IMG/VR virus record: IMGVR_UViG_3300030104_003872
Location: 1 to 64,000 of that record
Length of the DNA stretch: 64,000 nt
Source: a virus
Reading direction: 5' to 3' (one strand)
Position numbers and translations under genes: made by a program
Notes under the pieces: generated by a model
The model's input: the letters and a program-made list of their open reading frames with translations, nothing else
Database searches by the model: none
Told to the model about the DNA's origin: nothing
Shown: piece after piece, positions 10,490 to 22,786 of the stretch
Layout of the letters: each line of letters opens with the position of its first letter
Position numbering within the stretch: position 1 is the stretch's first letter

Positions 10490-10877
10490 CTTTTCCCTCC
10501 TTCTTTGGTTGTTTTGTGCTCACTACCGATGAAGGCATTAGTGGGGAAATTGTTTCTGTTCCTGTTACTGAAAATCTATCCATTTGTAACTCGTGTGCTT
10601 TCTTTTGTGCAACTAGTTCCATATTATGTGCGTTGATAGAAGGGATTAATTGAATCTCTGCGGTTTGTTGTTGTTTCCACATATCTAGAGCATCTTTAAT
10701 AATCAATAAAGCAGGACCGCCTATGATTGCTATTAGTGTAGTATAACCATCGAGGTTATCCAAAACTGCTTGATTGTGCATACCCGCCCAAATAATATAA
10801 CAGGCGAAAAGAACCCATGAAAGGACTATTGGTGCTCCGATTATTATTATGAATCTGTCATTAAACTTTGTACTCAT
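10482..10877 (-). CDS. Two-TM membrane protein (holin-like candidate)
   Basis: Two hydrophobic helices and a charged C-terminus. Confidence 0.5.
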   Translation of the reverse strand: MSTKFNDRFIIIIGAPIVLSWVLFACYIIWAGMHNQAVLDNLDGYTTLIAIIGGPALLIIKDALDMWKQQQTAEIQLIPSINAHNMELVAQKKAHELQMDRFSVTGTETISPLMPSSVVSTKQPKKEGKDE

Positions 10878-10952
10878 ACCTCTTCCTCATACTATACTGT
10901 TAGTGCAAGTGGTCCTTTTCTCTTATGAAGGTAGCCCTTAAAACATACTATT

Positions 10953-11300
10953 TTATTCCAATACACCACTTTCCAATAATTGGTCTATTATTCTTTTGAA
11001 TGTGGAATAATCACTAAACGTACATATTTCCTCAACGTGTGTATCGCCTACCGAATAATTTTGATAAGCCTCTGGAGAAACATAAACTTTATAGTTTGTT
11101 GTGTCCCCTCCTATTCTATCATTTACTACGACTAGTATTGTGATAGGGGGTTCTTTTCCTACAATTTCTCCATCAACTTGACTGCAAGTAATAGTACCTT
11201 GCTCATAATAATCACTTGTACTAGGCATACCACCTGTTGATGCCAAAGCGGCTCCAAATAAAAGTACGGCTATGAAAAATACTCCTGCGTTTTCCATCAC
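10953..11300 (-). CDS. Secreted/membrane-anchored hypothetical protein
   Basis: N-terminal hydrophobic segment followed by an OB-like beta pattern (VYVSPEAYQNYSVGD). Confidence 0.55.
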   Translation of the reverse strand: MMENAGVFFIAVLLFGAALASTGGMPSTSDYYEQGTITCSQVDGEIVGKEPPITILVVVNDRIGGDTTNYKVYVSPEAYQNYSVGDTHVEEICTFSDYSTFKRIIDQLLESGVLE

Positions 11301-11539
11301 ATCAACCCATCTATGCCGTATATTGAGGCAATAGTTGCGAGTCCAATTTTCATAAACTTGAATCCTTCGGTTAATATTTGATTAGTAACTGCTTGTGTCT
11401 CATAAAGAGCCGCCTGTTGAACATGAAGTGATGCTAGACCATCACCCATCTTCTCAATCAATTCATCATGCTTTTCAACACGTTTTTCTAAGTTTTCAAG
11501 CCGTAAATCTTGTACTGCTGGACCTGACGCTCGGCTCAT
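11297..11539 (-). CDS. Coiled-coil + C-terminal TM protein (XhlA-like architecture)
   Basis: RLENLEKRVEKHDELIEK coiled coil followed by a hydrophobic tail. Confidence 0.5.
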   Translation of the reverse strand: MSRASGPAVQDLRLENLEKRVEKHDELIEKMGDGLASLHVQQAALYETQAVTNQILTEGFKFMKIGLATIASIYGIDGLM

Positions 11540-11572
11540 TAGTGAACAAGAAGTCCAATCCCTGTATGAACC

Positions 11573-12142
11573 TTATGTGTAGCGGGGTCCACGATACCAA
11601 CCAACTAGGCTAGTCCTAGAACCATCTAGTATTGATTCAACACAATGCTCTTGATAAGAAAGAAATGCTATGATTGTACCTTTTTTCTTTACTGCTACCG
11701 GATTGGGATTTTCTATGTGCTTGAATCTAAAATCCCCACCTTCATATTCTGATGGGTCTGTTAGTTGTAAGACTAATGATATTTTTCTATGTGTTCCTGT
11801 TTGGTTTGAAAAATCGACATCGTGATGCCAACCGTACTTGTAACCTATATCTTTGTACTCGGTAAATTGTAATTCTGGAAGATAGGATAATTCCATACCA
11901 AAAACTACATTCGCTACCATTGCGTATTTTTCAAAAATCTCATTTATCCAATCGTGTTCATCATCTTTTGGGACCCATCTAATCTGTGTCTTTCTGTTAG
12001 GGTCTTCGTATAGTGGGTCTTCACCTGCCCTAAATGTTGTTGCATTTTTACTAGGTAATTTTTCACACCATTCTACTATCTTATCACATAATTCACTAGG
12101 AAGTGCTTCTTCCCATAATAACCAGTCGGGGAATTGTTGCAT
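11573..12142 (-). CDS. 2OG-Fe(II) oxygenase (prolyl-hydroxylase/PKHD-like)
   Basis: HxD (WHHD), RKISLVLQL..EYEGGDF, distal His (HCV) and RxS (RTSLVGW) motifs. Confidence 0.9.
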   Translation of the reverse strand: MQQFPDWLLWEEALPSELCDKIVEWCEKLPSKNATTFRAGEDPLYEDPNRKTQIRWVPKDDEHDWINEIFEKYAMVANVVFGMELSYLPELQFTEYKDIGYKYGWHHDVDFSNQTGTHRKISLVLQLTDPSEYEGGDFRFKHIENPNPVAVKKKGTIIAFLSYQEHCVESILDGSRTSLVGWYRGPRYT

Positions 12143-12176
12143 ACCTATCGCACCTAGCCATTACTTTTAAGGCTTT

Positions 12177-12767
12177 CTAACTAACACCCCAAAACCCTAT
12201 GTTTGTAGTGTAAGGTGAGTATTTATCACTTACTAATGTCTGATATTCATTAATTGTAATTGGGTTATCAGATAACCATGTATCAGCCCATACAGTATCA
12301 AAAGAACTACCTTCGGGGGGATTCCATGTTTCAAAGTCTGCAACTATAAGATTAAACGTGTCGTCCTTTGCACAATGCTCCCATACTAAATCGACCACAT
12401 CTTGTTCTAATTCAATAATAGTAACGGCAGTTACATTTGGATTATCAACAAGTGCTTGGTTTATCATTCCTATACCAAGACCGCCCACTAAAACGTGTCC
12501 TGTTGCATTATCCCATAACCATTGATGTTCATTGTATTCTGCTTCTGAATCTTGCATTATAGGCATATCGCAACCTTTTTTCAATAAGACTTTGTGAGAA
12601 GAATGTGATTCCCTTTTCATTTGTAAATAGACCTGCCACATATTATCTGTGGTTTCGGTAGTATATTCAGCAATTTCATAAATGCCCGATACTCCATTTG
12701 GAATATTAACTTGTATTCTGCTCATATTATGTCCACTCGTGAGTCCAATAAACGTAATCTGATTCAA
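12177..12767 (-). CDS. Class I SAM-dependent methyltransferase (spermidine-synthase-like fold)
   Basis: VLVGGLGIG motif I, VTIIE, IVADF, FDTVWADTW; probable start MSRIQV at 12725. Confidence 0.8.
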   Translation of the reverse strand: MNQITFIGLTSGHNMSRIQVNIPNGVSGIYEIAEYTTETTDNMWQVYLQMKRESHSSHKVLLKKGCDMPIMQDSEAEYNEHQWLWDNATGHVLVGGLGIGMINQALVDNPNVTAVTIIELEQDVVDLVWEHCAKDDTFNLIVADFETWNPPEGSSFDTVWADTWLSDNPITINEYQTLVSDKYSPYTTNIGFWGVS

Positions 12768-13632
12768 ATGTCTGGTCTGGATTTGGTGCAGTCCAAGTTT
12801 TAACTACCCTTATCTTGCAGGTAAATGTATCTCCAACAGAAGGTAAAATCACTCCTCCTCTGCCTCCTCCCCACACTTGCATAAAGGCTTCTCCAGTATG
12901 AATACCATTTCTATTTGAATTAGGAGTATAGCCGGAATTAGTCGCCGCTATGATAGTACCATCTTGAAACCAAGGGTCAGCAAGGTTTCCAGAGCCATAT
13001 ACCCCATTTCCATTACTCATAGACTGTGAATGAACTGACCTTTCCCATTTATAACTTGTGTTTGTTGTGGTTGTGCTTAAGTCTCTTGCGGCCGCTAAAA
13101 TGTAAAATACTATTGCCCCTGTTGTACGACCACTCATCCATGAAGTAATGTCAGATACACTACAAGTAGTCCAAACTGTTCCCCCATTTTGAGGCCCTCT
13201 GCCCACGCCCCATAGAAGATTATCTTCGTCACCATCCAAGTCGTTAAGAGCCTTATAACCACCTCTATAATGACCCGAGCCACCATAAAAACCATCTGTA
13301 ACCCCCAATGCGAAACCAGACTGAGGGATTAGTGGGCTTGAACCAGATTGACAAGCATATACTTGAAATCCATTAATAGCACCATTGGCTACATCTTTAT
13401 GAGATTTATCCCATTCAGAAACTAATGCTGAACCTGCCGTACCGTGTAGTGGAGTAACTGTCGTACCGATAAACAACAATTTATTTCCCGAATGCGATTG
13501 TCCTCCAGTACCCGCACCATAAGGACCTGCACCTCCAGCACCATTATCCGGCCAATCCGAAGGCTCTAATAGAGTTTCATATCCTCCAGCCTCAACACAA
13601 CCAAGTAGTGCCGTTACCATTCTATCAACCAC
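12727..13632 (-). CDS. Gly/Ser/Thr-rich virion (fibre-associated) protein
   Basis: Composition and position immediately after the collagen fibre gene. Confidence 0.5.
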   Translation of the reverse strand: MVDRMVTALLGCVEAGGYETLLEPSDWPDNGAGGAGPYGAGTGGQSHSGNKLLFIGTTVTPLHGTAGSALVSEWDKSHKDVANGAINGFQVYACQSGSSPLIPQSGFALGVTDGFYGGSGHYRGGYKALNDLDGDEDNLLWGVGRGPQNGGTVWTTCSVSDITSWMSGRTTGAIVFYILAAARDLSTTTTNTSYKWERSVHSQSMSNGNGVYGSGNLADPWFQDGTIIAATNSGYTPNSNRNGIHTGEAFMQVWGGGRGGVILPSVGDTFTCKIRVVKTWTAPNPDQTFESDYVYWTHEWT

Positions 13633-16600
13633 CTAGATGAATCCATGTACTAGCACTACCATTATTAGCAATACAGATAAATGTCCTTGCCCCACTAGGA
13701 GCAATACTATGGGCTTGTCTCCAATTTGTTGAAATGCTACCACCATTAAGGGCAACAGTCTTATTAAAATTGGTATTGTTTAATACAGTAAATGATACTC
13801 CGACAGCACAATTTGACGGTAGAGTAAGATTGTTACCAGTCCAATTTATTACATAACCATCTTGCGTACTTGCGTTTAATGTGGTATTGCTTGCTACGCC
13901 TAGAACAGTCATTCCACCCGACCCAGATGGACCAGTAGGTCCTGTTGGACCGGTCGGTCCTGTGGGACCTGTTGGTCCTGCTGAACCATTTGACCCATCA
14001 GAGCCATCGCTACCGGCAGGTCCAGTAGGACCCGTAGGACCAGTCGGACCCGTAGGTCCCGTAGGTCCTGCTGAACCGTCTGAACCATCATCACCGTCTG
14101 CTCCCGCAGGACCGGTTGGTCCGGCTGGACCTGTAGAACCTGTGGGTCCAGTTGGTCCTGTAGGACCTGTTGCACCCGCCGGAATACTAAACGCAAAGAC
14201 TTTAGCAGTTGCAGGTCCACTTGCACTCACACCAATAGGTCCTGTGCTTGCGGTCGGTGTTCCAAAACCAGCCGCCGTTCCGGTGGGTCCAGTTGGACCC
14301 GTAGGTCCTGTTCCTCCGTCCGAACCATCGTCTCCATCTGCTCCTGCCGGTCCCGTTGGACCAGTAGGTCCTGTTGGTCCAGTTGCTCCATTTGACCCAT
14401 CACTACCTGCTGGTCCCGAAGGTCCTGTCGGACCAGTAGGTCCCGTTGGACCCGTACTTCCAGTAGGTCCTGATGGTCCGGTTGAACCTGTTATGTCTGC
14501 AATTTCAGACCATGAGCCCGATGCTTTCTTGTAAATCTTATCGTTGCTTGTATTGAAATGAAAGTCTCCGTTTGAACCCCCGCTTGGTGTTGTATTGCTT
14601 GAAGTCCATGTGGCTCCATTAGTACCTGCACTTCCCGTACTTCCTGTCGGACCATTTGGTCCAGTTGGTCCAGTAGGTCCGGTGGGACCACTAGGTCCTG
14701 TGCTTCCATCATTACCGTCATCTCCGTCTGCCCCTGCTGGACCCGTAGGACCCGCTGCTCCCGTTGGTCCTGTGGGACCGGCCGCTCCTGTGGGTCCTGT
14801 TGGACCAGTAGCACCATCTGACCCTGCACTTCCTTGTGGTCCTGCTGGACCTTGTGGACCCGTTGGACCTGGAGGCCCTGCTGAGCCATCACTCCCGTCT
14901 GAACCCGAAGGTCCAGTTGGTCCGGTTGGACCGGCCGGTCCAGTAGGTCCTGTACTTCCTGTGTCTCCTTTATCACCTGTTCGGGCAAAGGTTACGCTTA
15001 CATCTTCTCCATTTGAAAATGGTGCTGATGCAGAAGAATCTACTGTGCTTACTGTAATATCGAAATAACCACTTTCTTCTGTTAGTGAGGATATAGTATG
15101 TAATGTAAATTGAGATGAATCGGTTAAGTTAGAAATCTTCACATGGCCTTTAATAGTCGAAGTGGAATCATCTATTGTACGAAGGAATGATTGAATGTCT
15201 GTTCCATCAAGGTCGCTATCATCAATATAGATTCCAGTTGCTCCGCTTTGTGTTGCGTTATCTAATCTAATCTTTCCTGCTCCGGGGTCAGATTTTGAAG
15301 TGGTTGTGGAAAAATCATACTTAAAAGTTGCTCCACCAAAAGAACCTTGAGCTCCTGTTGGTCCTGTGGGACCTGTTGGTCCTGTATTTCCTTGACTTCC
15401 CGAAGGTCCGCTAGGTCCTGTGGGTCCTGTTGGACCAGTAGGACCTGTACTTCCGTCGCTTCCATCCGAGCCAGCGGCTCCTGTTGGACCTGGAGGCCCT
15501 GCACCCCCACTTGGTCCCGAAGGACCTGTTGGACCGGTAGGTCCTGTGGGTCCGGCACTTCCATCAGAACCGTCTGAACCTGCGGGTCCACCCGGTCCAG
15601 TTGGACCTGTTGCTCCAGTTGGACCTGCTGGTCCAGTAGGACCAGTTGCTCCTGTACTTCCTGTAATATCTGCTATTTCGCCCCAAGAACCGGAAGTCTT
15701 TTTGTATATTTTATCATTAGATGTGTTAAAGTGGAAATCACCATTAGAGCCACCCGAAGGTGTGGTGTTTGAAGAAGTCCATGTTGCTCCATCACTTCCA
15801 CTTGGTCCTGTTGGACCGGAAGGTCCCGTACTTCCCTGTGGTCCCGTTGGACCAGAACCTCCTGTTGGACCTGTTGGTCCAGTTGCTCCTTGAGGACCTG
15901 TCGGACCTGCTGGACCGGCCGCTCCTGCATCACCATCTGCTCCTGCTGGACCAGTAGAACCTGAGGGTCCGGTTGGTCCTGCTGAACCTGCGGGTCCTGT
16001 TGGACCTGTCGCTCCATCGTTACCATCTGAACCATCTGAACCACTTGGTCCTGTGGGACCTGGAGGACCTGCTGAGCCTGTACTGCCTGTGGGTCCGGAT
16101 GGTCCTGCCGGACCAGTTGGACCACTTGGTCCTGCCGGACCTGTGGCTCCGGTATCACCCTTATCTCCAGTTCTTGCGAATGTAATATAAACATCGTCAT
16201 CATTTGCGAATGGGCTTGATGCAGATGAAGCAACATTGGCTACTGTAACTTTGAAGTAACCTGTTGCATCAACTAGGGAAGCGATAGTAAATAATAAGAA
16301 ATCAGATTGGTCGGACTTCTTACTAATCTTAATATGCCCTTTGATTGTTGAAGTTGAATCATCAATAGTTTGAAGGAAAGAGGATATATCGTCATTGTTT
16401 TTATCGTCATCGTCTATGTAGAGAATAGTAGCAGATGTTTGGGTGCTAAAGTTATTGAATCTGAAATATCCACTACCGGGAGCAGAATCAGTTGTGTGGC
16501 TAGATGTATCATAGTGGAATGTTGCCCCACTAAAAGCACCATCTGGTCCCGTTGGACCCGTTGGACCCGTAGGTCCTGTTGGACCAGTGCTTCCGGCAGG

Positions 16601-19060
16601 TCCACTTGGTCCGGTTGGTCCCGTACTTCCGGCGGCTCCATCGCTACCATCATTTCCCGCAGGTCCAGTTGGTCCAGCAGGACCAGTTGGTCCCGTTGCT
16701 CCTTGTGGACCTGTACTTCCGCTAGGTCCGGCTGGTCCCGAAGGTCCTGTACTTCCTTGTGGACCAGTTGCACCCGAAGGTCCTTGAGAACCCGTTGCAC
16801 CTGTTGGACCACTAGGTCCAGTTGGACCCGCTGGTCCTGTATCACCTTTAGATGCTAAAACATCCCAATAAGATGTGTTAGTTGGTAATATCGAGCCGGA
16901 TGAAGTGTGTGCTTGGTTACAGATATAAGATGTACCGGAATAGAAAACTCCATCATCAACAGAATATGTTGTTCCACTAGCCCACGCATCACGCCATGTT
17001 ATTCCTTCTGCCCCTTGTGCTCCTGCTGGTCCAGTTGGACCTGTGCTTCCTGTTGGTCCCGCCGGACCGGTCGGACCTGTGGGTCCTGTTGAACCATCTG
17101 AGCCGTCGCTTCCGTCTGAACCTGCCGGACCTGCTGGTCCCGTAGGTCCGCTTGGACCTGTCGGACCCGTTGGTCCTGTGGCTCCGTTTGAACCATTAGA
17201 ACCTGCTGGTCCAGTTGCTCCCTGTGGACCAGTTGGTCCTGTTGCACCAGTAGCACCTGCTTGTACTAAAACATTCCAATATGCTCCTGTTGTTGGAAGA
17301 ATAGACCCAGATGAAGTATGTGCTTGTATGCAAATGTAAGATTGTCCGTTACTTGTGTAATATACTGCGTCATCGACCGCATAAGCAGTTGAAGTAACCC
17401 AATTCCCATCCCAATTTATTCCATCCGGTCCTGTTGGACCTGTTGGACCCGATGGACCGTTTGGTCCTGTTGGACCAGTAGGTCCGGCTGGACCTTGTGT
17501 TCCTTGTGGTCCTGTTGCTCCCACAGGTCCTGTTGCACCAGTAGCACCAGTAGGTCCGACAGGACCTAACGCACCAGTAGAACCTGTTGGACCTGCATCA
17601 CCTTGCGGTCCACTAGGACCACTAGGACCAGTTGGTCCGGTATTACCTGCTGGACCAGTAGGTCCACTTGGTCCCGCAGGACCCGTTGGTCCAGTTGAAC
17701 CTATATCACCTGTTCTAGTGAATGTGACCGCAAGGTCTTCACCATCAGAAAATGGGGAATTAGCGGATGAATCAATAGCGGTTACTGTTATCTCGAAATA
17801 ACCTATCTTTTCAGCAAGAGCCGTGATTTGCCATATAATAAAATCAGAGGAATCATCGTAATCACTTATTCTAACGTGTCCTTTTACTGTTGATGTGGAA
17901 TCGTCAATAGTTCTCAAAAAAGATTGAATATCATTTGAATCCTTATCTGAATCGTCAATGTAAATACGGGATGCTCCATTTTGTGTTGAATCATTAAACT
18001 TTACCTTTCCTGCTCCGGGGTCGCTATCTGCAATACTTCCTGTTTCCATTTCATACTTGAAAGATGCTCCACCAAAAACACCTGCTGGACCTGTTGGACC
18101 CGTAGGACCAGATGCCCCAGTAGGACCCGCTGGTCCTGTGGCTCCGGTTGCACCTGCTGGTCCTGTAGGACCTGTGGGACCTGTTGCCCCATCATCTCCA
18201 TCTGCTCCTGATGGTCCGGCTGGACCTGTTGGTCCAGAGGGTCCTGTATTTCCTGTTGGTCCCGAAGGACCCGGAGGACCTGCCGCTCCATCTGGTCCTG
18301 TTGCTCCGGCATTTCCGGTTGGACCCGCTGGACCTGTCGCCCCTTGTGGACCTGTTGGTCCTTGTGGTCCTGTTGCTCCATCTGAACCGGAAGGTCCTGC
18401 TGGACCGGATGGACCTGCTGCTCCTGCTGGACCAGTTGGACCAGTAGAACCGTCATTCCCATCTGAACCGGAAGGTCCCGAAGGTCCTGTCGGACCTGTT
18501 GCTCCTTGAGGACCTGTCGGACCTGATGGTCCAGTCGCACCGTCGCTTCCATCAGAACCCGCTGGTCCTGTGGGTCCTGCTGGACCTGTTGCTCCAGTTG
18601 GTCCATCTGCACCTGCTCTTGCTAATAATACAAGCCATGTGTTAGTATCTGTTTTAATTAGTTCTCCACCTTCATATTGTGCTACCGAATGTGAAGAAGG
18701 GTTTATTGTTACCCCTGTACCTGCACTAAATGTTAATGCACCTGCTCCTAGATTGATGAAAGGGATTCTTGTTAAGTCTGTTGGGAATGGAATAGATGAA
18801 TTAGGGGGAATAGTAATTGCTACTGCTGAACCACTAGTAACATGAAGAATACGACCTTCATCAGTTCTTGTTAATGTTGTTGATGATGTTATGTTATTAA
18901 ATGGCCTTGTATCAACTGCTCGCCCACCTGCGGTTGAACCATCACCAACGAATAGTGCTCCTGATGTGGTGTCTTTTATTAATTGTTCAGTTGCAGGGGT
19001 AACTGATAATCTATTACCTTGTGTATCGGAAATAAGGTTCTTATTGCTTGTGATACTCAT
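13625..19060 (-). CDS. Collagen-like tail fibre/adhesin with repeated globular domains
   Basis: 1811 aa; long G-P-T/G-P-S/G-A-T tracts; three copies of a ~120 aa domain (..IYIDD.D...[16 protein letters not shown]..), two CBM5/12-like modules (W...T.Y.V.D.V.Y.G.SYIC.QAHTS), two [29 protein letters not shown] units. Confidence 0.9.
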   Translation of the reverse strand: MSITSNKNLISDTQGNRLSVTPATEQLIKDTTSGALFVGDGSTAGGRAVDTRPFNNITSSTTLTRTDEGRILHVTSGSAVAITIPPNSSIPFPTDLTRIPFINLGAGALTFSAGTGVTINPSSHSVAQYEGGELIKTDTNTWLVLLARAGADGPTGATGPAGPTGPAGSDGSDGATGPSGPTGPQGATGPTGPSGPSGSDGNDGSTGPTGPAGAAGPSGPAGPSGSDGATGPQGPTGPQGATGPAGPTGNAGATGPDGAAGPPGPSGPTGNTGPSGPTGPAGPSGADGDDGATGPTGPTGPAGATGATGPAGPTGASGPTGPTGPAGVFGGASFKYEMETGSIADSDPGAGKVKFNDSTQNGASRIYIDDSDKDSNDIQSFLRTIDDSTSTVKGHVRISDYDDSSDFIIWQITALAEKIGYFEITVTAIDSSANSPFSDGEDLAVTFTRTGDIGSTGPTGPAGPSGPTGPAGNTGPTGPSGPSGPQGDAGPTGSTGALGPVGPTGATGATGPVGATGPQGTQGPAGPTGPTGPNGPSGPTGPTGPDGINWDGNWVTSTAYAVDDAVYYTSNGQSYICIQAHTSSGSILPTTGAYWNVLVQAGATGATGPTGPQGATGPAGSNGSNGATGPTGPTGPSGPTGPAGPAGSDGSDGSDGSTGPTGPTGPAGPTGSTGPTGPAGAQGAEGITWRDAWASGTTYSVDDGVFYSGTSYICNQAHTSSGSILPTNTSYWDVLASKGDTGPAGPTGPSGPTGATGSQGPSGATGPQGSTGPSGPAGPSGSTGPQGATGPTGPAGPTGPAGNDGSDGAAGSTGPTGPSGPAGSTGPTGPTGPTGPTGPDGAFSGATFHYDTSSHTTDSAPGSGYFRFNNFSTQTSATILYIDDDDKNNDDISSFLQTIDDSTSTIKGHIKISKKSDQSDFLLFTIASLVDATGYFKVTVANVASSASSPFANDDDVYITFARTGDKGDTGATGPAGPSGPTGPAGPSGPTGSTGSAGPPGPTGPSGSDGSDGNDGATGPTGPAGSAGPTGPSGSTGPAGADGDAGAAGPAGPTGPQGATGPTGPTGGSGPTGPQGSTGPSGPTGPSGSDGATWTSSNTTPSGGSNGDFHFNTSNDKIYKKTSGSWGEIADITGSTGATGPTGPAGPTGATGPTGPGGPAGSDGSDGSAGPTGPTGPTGPSGPSGGAGPPGPTGAAGSDGSDGSTGPTGPTGPTGPSGPSGSQGNTGPTGPTGPTGAQGSFGGATFKYDFSTTTSKSDPGAGKIRLDNATQSGATGIYIDDSDLDGTDIQSFLRTIDDSTSTIKGHVKISNLTDSSQFTLHTISSLTEESGYFDITVSTVDSSASAPFSNGEDVSVTFARTGDKGDTGSTGPTGPAGPTGPTGPSGSDGSDGSAGPPGPTGPQGPAGPQGSAGSDGATGPTGPTGAAGPTGPTGAAGPTGPAGADGDDGNDGSTGPSGPTGPTGPTGPNGPTGSTGSAGTNGATWTSSNTTPSGGSNGDFHFNTSNDKIYKKASGSWSEIADITGSTGPSGPTGSTGPTGPTGPTGPSGPAGSDGSNGATGPTGPTGPTGPAGADGDDGSDGGTGPTGPTGPTGTAAGFGTPTASTGPIGVSASGPATAKVFAFSIPAGATGPTGPTGPTGSTGPAGPTGPAGADGDDGSDGSAGPTGPTGPTGPTGPTGPAGSDGSDGSNGSAGPTGPTGPTGPTGPTGPSGSGGMTVLGVASNTTLNASTQDGYVINWTGNNLTLPSNCAVGVSFTVLNNTNFNKTVALNGGSISTNWRQAHSIAPSGARTFICIANNGSASTWIHLGG

Positions 19061-19413
19061 TTACGCTTACCCCCGTAGTATTCTTGAGCAAGCCCCGACG
19101 CTATTAAATGTTCGCCTACGTTCTTTTTTTCGCCATTTTTCTCGATAAAGATTTCACCTAAGCATCGACCGAACTTACCAACACCATGCGATTTCATAAT
19201 AACTTCGTCTGCTTCGTTTAGAAGTTTTGTTAAAACTGCTTTGGCCGCTAAACCTCGTTTCTTTTCTTCTAAGTCCCTAGTCCTTGTTTCGGGTGTGTTT
19301 ATCCCGTACATTCTCACACGAATATTCCTATGTGTGAAAAAACCTAAATCAACACTAACGTCGATAGTGTCACCATCAATTATTCTTAATACTTTAACTC
19401 TATATTCCCACAT
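19057..19413 (-). CDS. Thermonuclease (SNase-like) family protein
   Basis: [20 protein letters not shown] and GKFGRCLG motifs. Confidence 0.9.
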   Translation of the reverse strand: MWEYRVKVLRIIDGDTIDVSVDLGFFTHRNIRVRMYGINTPETRTRDLEEKKRGLAAKAVLTKLLNEADEVIMKSHGVGKFGRCLGEIFIEKNGEKKNVGEHLIASGLAQEYYGGKRK

Positions 19414-19487
19414 CTAAACCACTATGCCTATAAACTTCATGACCTTAAGCATGATAGCGGGTGCGTCTAATTCCACTCCATCATCAG

Positions 19488-20183
19488 TCATCTTCTTACC
19501 TCTACTGCGTACCAATCAGTACCTCTAGTATATTTGCCACTTAAACCGAAAGTGGAATGAATATCGTAAATCCCATGTGTTATATTCCCTAATGTGATAT
19601 TAACATAATCCCATGAAGAACCTTGTGTTTCATATGTAAGATAATCTTGTGAAGTAAAGTTACCTGTTGCATTCTCATACACAGTCCAATATACAGTAAG
19701 ATTGAATACTTCATCTTCGCAAGATATATCCGCATCCCAACTAATAGTCAAGTTTGTTCCGTTATAATCTAAAATATATGCGTCATACATCATAGCCATA
19801 CAGTCATGCTCTACTGTTTCGTTATCAGTATTATTAGCGGGTGGATTGACAATTACAGTAGTATTATTAGTAGGTTGAATTACATTAGGTTCATCCGGTT
19901 CATCCGAACCATCACGACAATTCTTGTAACCGTCATTTACTAAAGAGGCTTCTATAATCGAACCATCTCCACATTCAAAATCGTCGCCCATTTCCCAATC
20001 ATCGTCAGTAACCCATTCGTCATCACCTTCACCATAAGGTGTAAGGTCAAGAACACCAACTGCTTCTAGACCGGGCATTACTAAGGCAATAATAGATGCT
20101 AATGTTATGATTAAAGAGCGTATCTCTTGAGCCCTTTCATTAACAGTATCAATAATGGAATCTGCTTCTTCTTGACTCAACAC
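19488..20183 (-). CDS. Membrane-anchored acidic protein with LDL-receptor class A-like motif and Ig-like C-domain
   Basis: TM segment; FECGDGSIIEASLVNDGYKNCRDGSDE; several N-x-T sequons. Confidence 0.7.
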   Translation of the reverse strand: MLSQEEADSIIDTVNERAQEIRSLIITLASIIALVMPGLEAVGVLDLTPYGEGDDEWVTDDDWEMGDDFECGDGSIIEASLVNDGYKNCRDGSDEPDEPNVIQPTNNTTVIVNPPANNTDNETVEHDCMAMMYDAYILDYNGTNLTISWDADISCEDEVFNLTVYWTVYENATGNFTSQDYLTYETQGSSWDYVNITLGNITHGIYDIHSTFGLSGKYTRGTDWYAVEVRR

Positions 20184-20191
20184 AATTCACC

Positions 20192-22780
20192 TCACACAAC
20201 AAGCGACCCAAAAGTTATCACACTCTGAGTACCACTTACGACCAACGGACCCATATCAAGGCTTCCCTTACCTTCTGCTGAAAGCGTCCCTTGTGGTCCA
20301 GTAGGACCGGAAGGTCCGGCCGCTCCAGTCGCACCTGTGGGACCGGTAGGACCAGTTGCTCCTGTTGGTCCTGTGGGACCAGCAACACCTTGTATTCCTT
20401 GCGGACCTGCACTTCCAGTAGGTCCTAAATTACCTGTTGGACCAGAGGGTCCCGTTGGACCAGTAGGTCCAGTTCCTCCGGTTGCCCCAGTTGCTCCAGT
20501 TGCCCCTGCGGGTCCAGTGGCTCCAGAAGGACCAGAAGGTCCGCTAGAACCACTAGGTCCGGTATTACCTGTGGGTCCGCTAGGTCCGGTTGGACCATTA
20601 GCCCCCGTTGGACCGGCGGGTCCCGCAACTGTTGAATCTGCTCCGGCAGGACCGGTAGGACCAGATGGTCCCGAAGGTCCAGTAGGTCCCGAAGGTCCAG
20701 TAGGTCCTGTATTTCCAGTAGGACCAGCAGGTCCTGTTGGACCAGCATCTCCATCATCACCTTTCACTCCTGTTGCACCCGTTGGACCTGTCGCTCCTGT
20801 ATTTCCGGCAGGTCCACTAGGACCTGTGGGTCCTGTAGGTCCGGTTGCCCCAGTAGGTCCGGAAGCACCATCTGAACCATCCGCTCCTGCTGGACCTGTC
20901 GCTCCTGTACTTCCTGTGGGACCAGCGGGTCCGGTGGGACCTGTGGGTCCGTCATCACCCTTAGCACCTGTGACTCCTGTTGGACCAGTTAATCCAGTAG
21001 GACCAGCGGGTCCACTAGGTCCGGCAGGTCCAGTTGCACCATCCGACCCATCGTTACCGTCTGCTCCAGCAGGTCCAGTCGCCCCAGTCGCTCCAGTCGC
21101 TCCAGTTGGACCCGCTGCTCCGGCTGGTCCCGAAGGTCCTGAGGGTCCCGCAATACCTTGTAATCCTTGTGCTCCAGTAGCACCTGTGGGTCCTGTATCT
21201 CCTTTATCACCATCTGCTCCAGTCGGACCTGTTGGACCCGTAGCACCTGTCGCACCCGCAGGACCAGTAGGACCAGTAGGTCCAGTCGAACCATCTGCTC
21301 CGTCATTACCACTAGGTCCCGTTGCCCCTGTGGCTCCGGTCGCACCAGTAACCCCTGTGGGTCCAGCAGGACCAGTAGGTCCAGTAGAGCCATCTGCTCC
21401 AGCGGCTCCTGTTGCTCCTTGAGGACCTGTTGGTCCAACTGCACCTGTTGTTCCGGTACTTCCTGTGGCTCCTGTGGGACCTGCGGGTCCAGTTGGTCCG
21501 TCAGGACCTTCGGGTCCGGTGGGACCAGTTGGTCCTGCACTTCCAGATGGACCTTGTGCTCCCGCCGAACCATCTTGACCGGCTGGTCCTGTAGGACCGG
21601 TGGGTCCAGCAGGTCCTGTTGAGCCAGTTGGACCGCCACTTGTTACTGTCGCCCATTCTAAGCCTGTTGCGGTTGAATTAACACGAAGGACTTGATTAGA
21701 TGTACCTATTGTTGTTACACCTGTTCCACCTTGAAAAATAGGGGTTAGTTCCTGTTCTAAAGGTCCTGTCCCATCAACTGCTCGGTAAAGACCATCACTA
21801 ACCTGTACGAAGTTACCTATACTTCCATTTACTTTAGGTAAAGAGGAAACTTCTATTTCTGCTTTACTATTTCCATAAAGCATACAACCCGCATCTATTT
21901 CTAATTTATGCACGCTTAGGCGGGAATCACCCACCAACTTAGCAAAAAGCCCTACGTTTGCTTTGTAGGTTGCAGGAGTAGGATTATAGATATGAAGCCC
22001 ATACATCTTAGCAACAAACTGCCCCGAACTGCCTCCGTAAGCCCGACCAGAAGAATGATTATTGCTAGTTGGTACTGTTCTAAAACCACTTGCAGTTCCG
22101 GGTAGAGATAATGTAGCATATCCTAAGTTAAGTGTGTTTATAGAAACGGTAAAGGCATTAGCATCAACATTTGTTATTCTAATTTTGACTTCTCTATCTC
22201 TTCTTCCTGAGCCGGATGGGGATATACTAGAGAATGTTGACTGAACATCTAACTTTTCAATATCTATTGTTTCGTTATCTGAATAATATGGTTGCACATA
22301 CTGAGGTCTAAATGTTCCTGTATGAAAAATCACAATAGGATGAACTCCCCTATCCATGTGGAATATTCCACCGGAAAACTTAAAAGTAAGGTTAGAAATA
22401 TGTGAGCCGTATTCTAAGTTAGCCCCGTTCTTAACATATCTGCCGTCATAGGGGGGTGTTCCGCTAAAAGTTAAGGTTTTTCCGACCGGACACTTGACTA
22501 TACCATCTGCTATAAATCCATTTAATGCAACATTCACATCAAACTTTAAGTACCCTTGAAATCTTCTTTCTGTATTATCTGATGTATCAACATCCATTTC
22601 TATTTTACTTACGCTCGCAATATCCCAATCACAATTCTCTTCTGAATAATAACCAAAATGTGCGGTATCAGATGCTCCGGGAGCGGCGAGGGCATTTGCA
22701 CCTGTTGGAGAACCTGCGTGCCAATTAGATGCCGTAGAGGCATCGGTATCTGTATCTCCTATCCAATATAAATCAGCCAT
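20192..22780 (-). CDS. Collagen-like fibre protein 2
   Basis: ~380 aa N-terminal globular domain followed by ~450 aa nearly uninterrupted Gly-X-Y. Confidence 0.85.
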   Translation of the reverse strand: MADLYWIGDTDTDASTASNWHAGSPTGANALAAPGASDTAHFGYYSEENCDWDIASVSKIEMDVDTSDNTERRFQGYLKFDVNVALNGFIADGIVKCPVGKTLTFSGTPPYDGRYVKNGANLEYGSHISNLTFKFSGGIFHMDRGVHPIVIFHTGTFRPQYVQPYYSDNETIDIEKLDVQSTFSSISPSGSGRRDREVKIRITNVDANAFTVSINTLNLGYATLSLPGTASGFRTVPTSNNHSSGRAYGGSSGQFVAKMYGLHIYNPTPATYKANVGLFAKLVGDSRLSVHKLEIDAGCMLYGNSKAEIEVSSLPKVNGSIGNFVQVSDGLYRAVDGTGPLEQELTPIFQGGTGVTTIGTSNQVLRVNSTATGLEWATVTSGGPTGSTGPAGPTGPTGPAGQDGSAGAQGPSGSAGPTGPTGPEGPDGPTGPAGPTGATGSTGTTGAVGPTGPQGATGAAGADGSTGPTGPAGPTGVTGATGATGATGPSGNDGADGSTGPTGPTGPAGATGATGPTGPTGADGDKGDTGPTGATGAQGLQGIAGPSGPSGPAGAAGPTGATGATGATGPAGADGNDGSDGATGPAGPSGPAGPTGLTGPTGVTGAKGDDGPTGPTGPAGPTGSTGATGPAGADGSDGASGPTGATGPTGPTGPSGPAGNTGATGPTGATGVKGDDGDAGPTGPAGPTGNTGPTGPSGPTGPSGPSGPTGPAGADSTVAGPAGPTGANGPTGPSGPTGNTGPSGSSGPSGPSGATGPAGATGATGATGGTGPTGPTGPSGPTGNLGPTGSAGPQGIQGVAGPTGPTGATGPTGPTGATGAAGPSGPTGPQGTLSAEGKGSLDMGPLVVSGTQSVITFGSLVV

Positions 22781-22786
22781 AAGTCA

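Noticed and set aside
12727-19060. Diversity-generating retroelement targeting the fibre
   Set aside because: No reverse transcriptase and no adenine-specific TR/VR pair seen; internal duplications differ mainly at synonymous positions.
13881-21639. Many long ORFs antisense or frame-shifted over the collagen genes (GPVGPV..., QDQQV...)
   Set aside because: Shadows of Gly-Pro-Thr codon repeats that lack stop codons in alternative frames.
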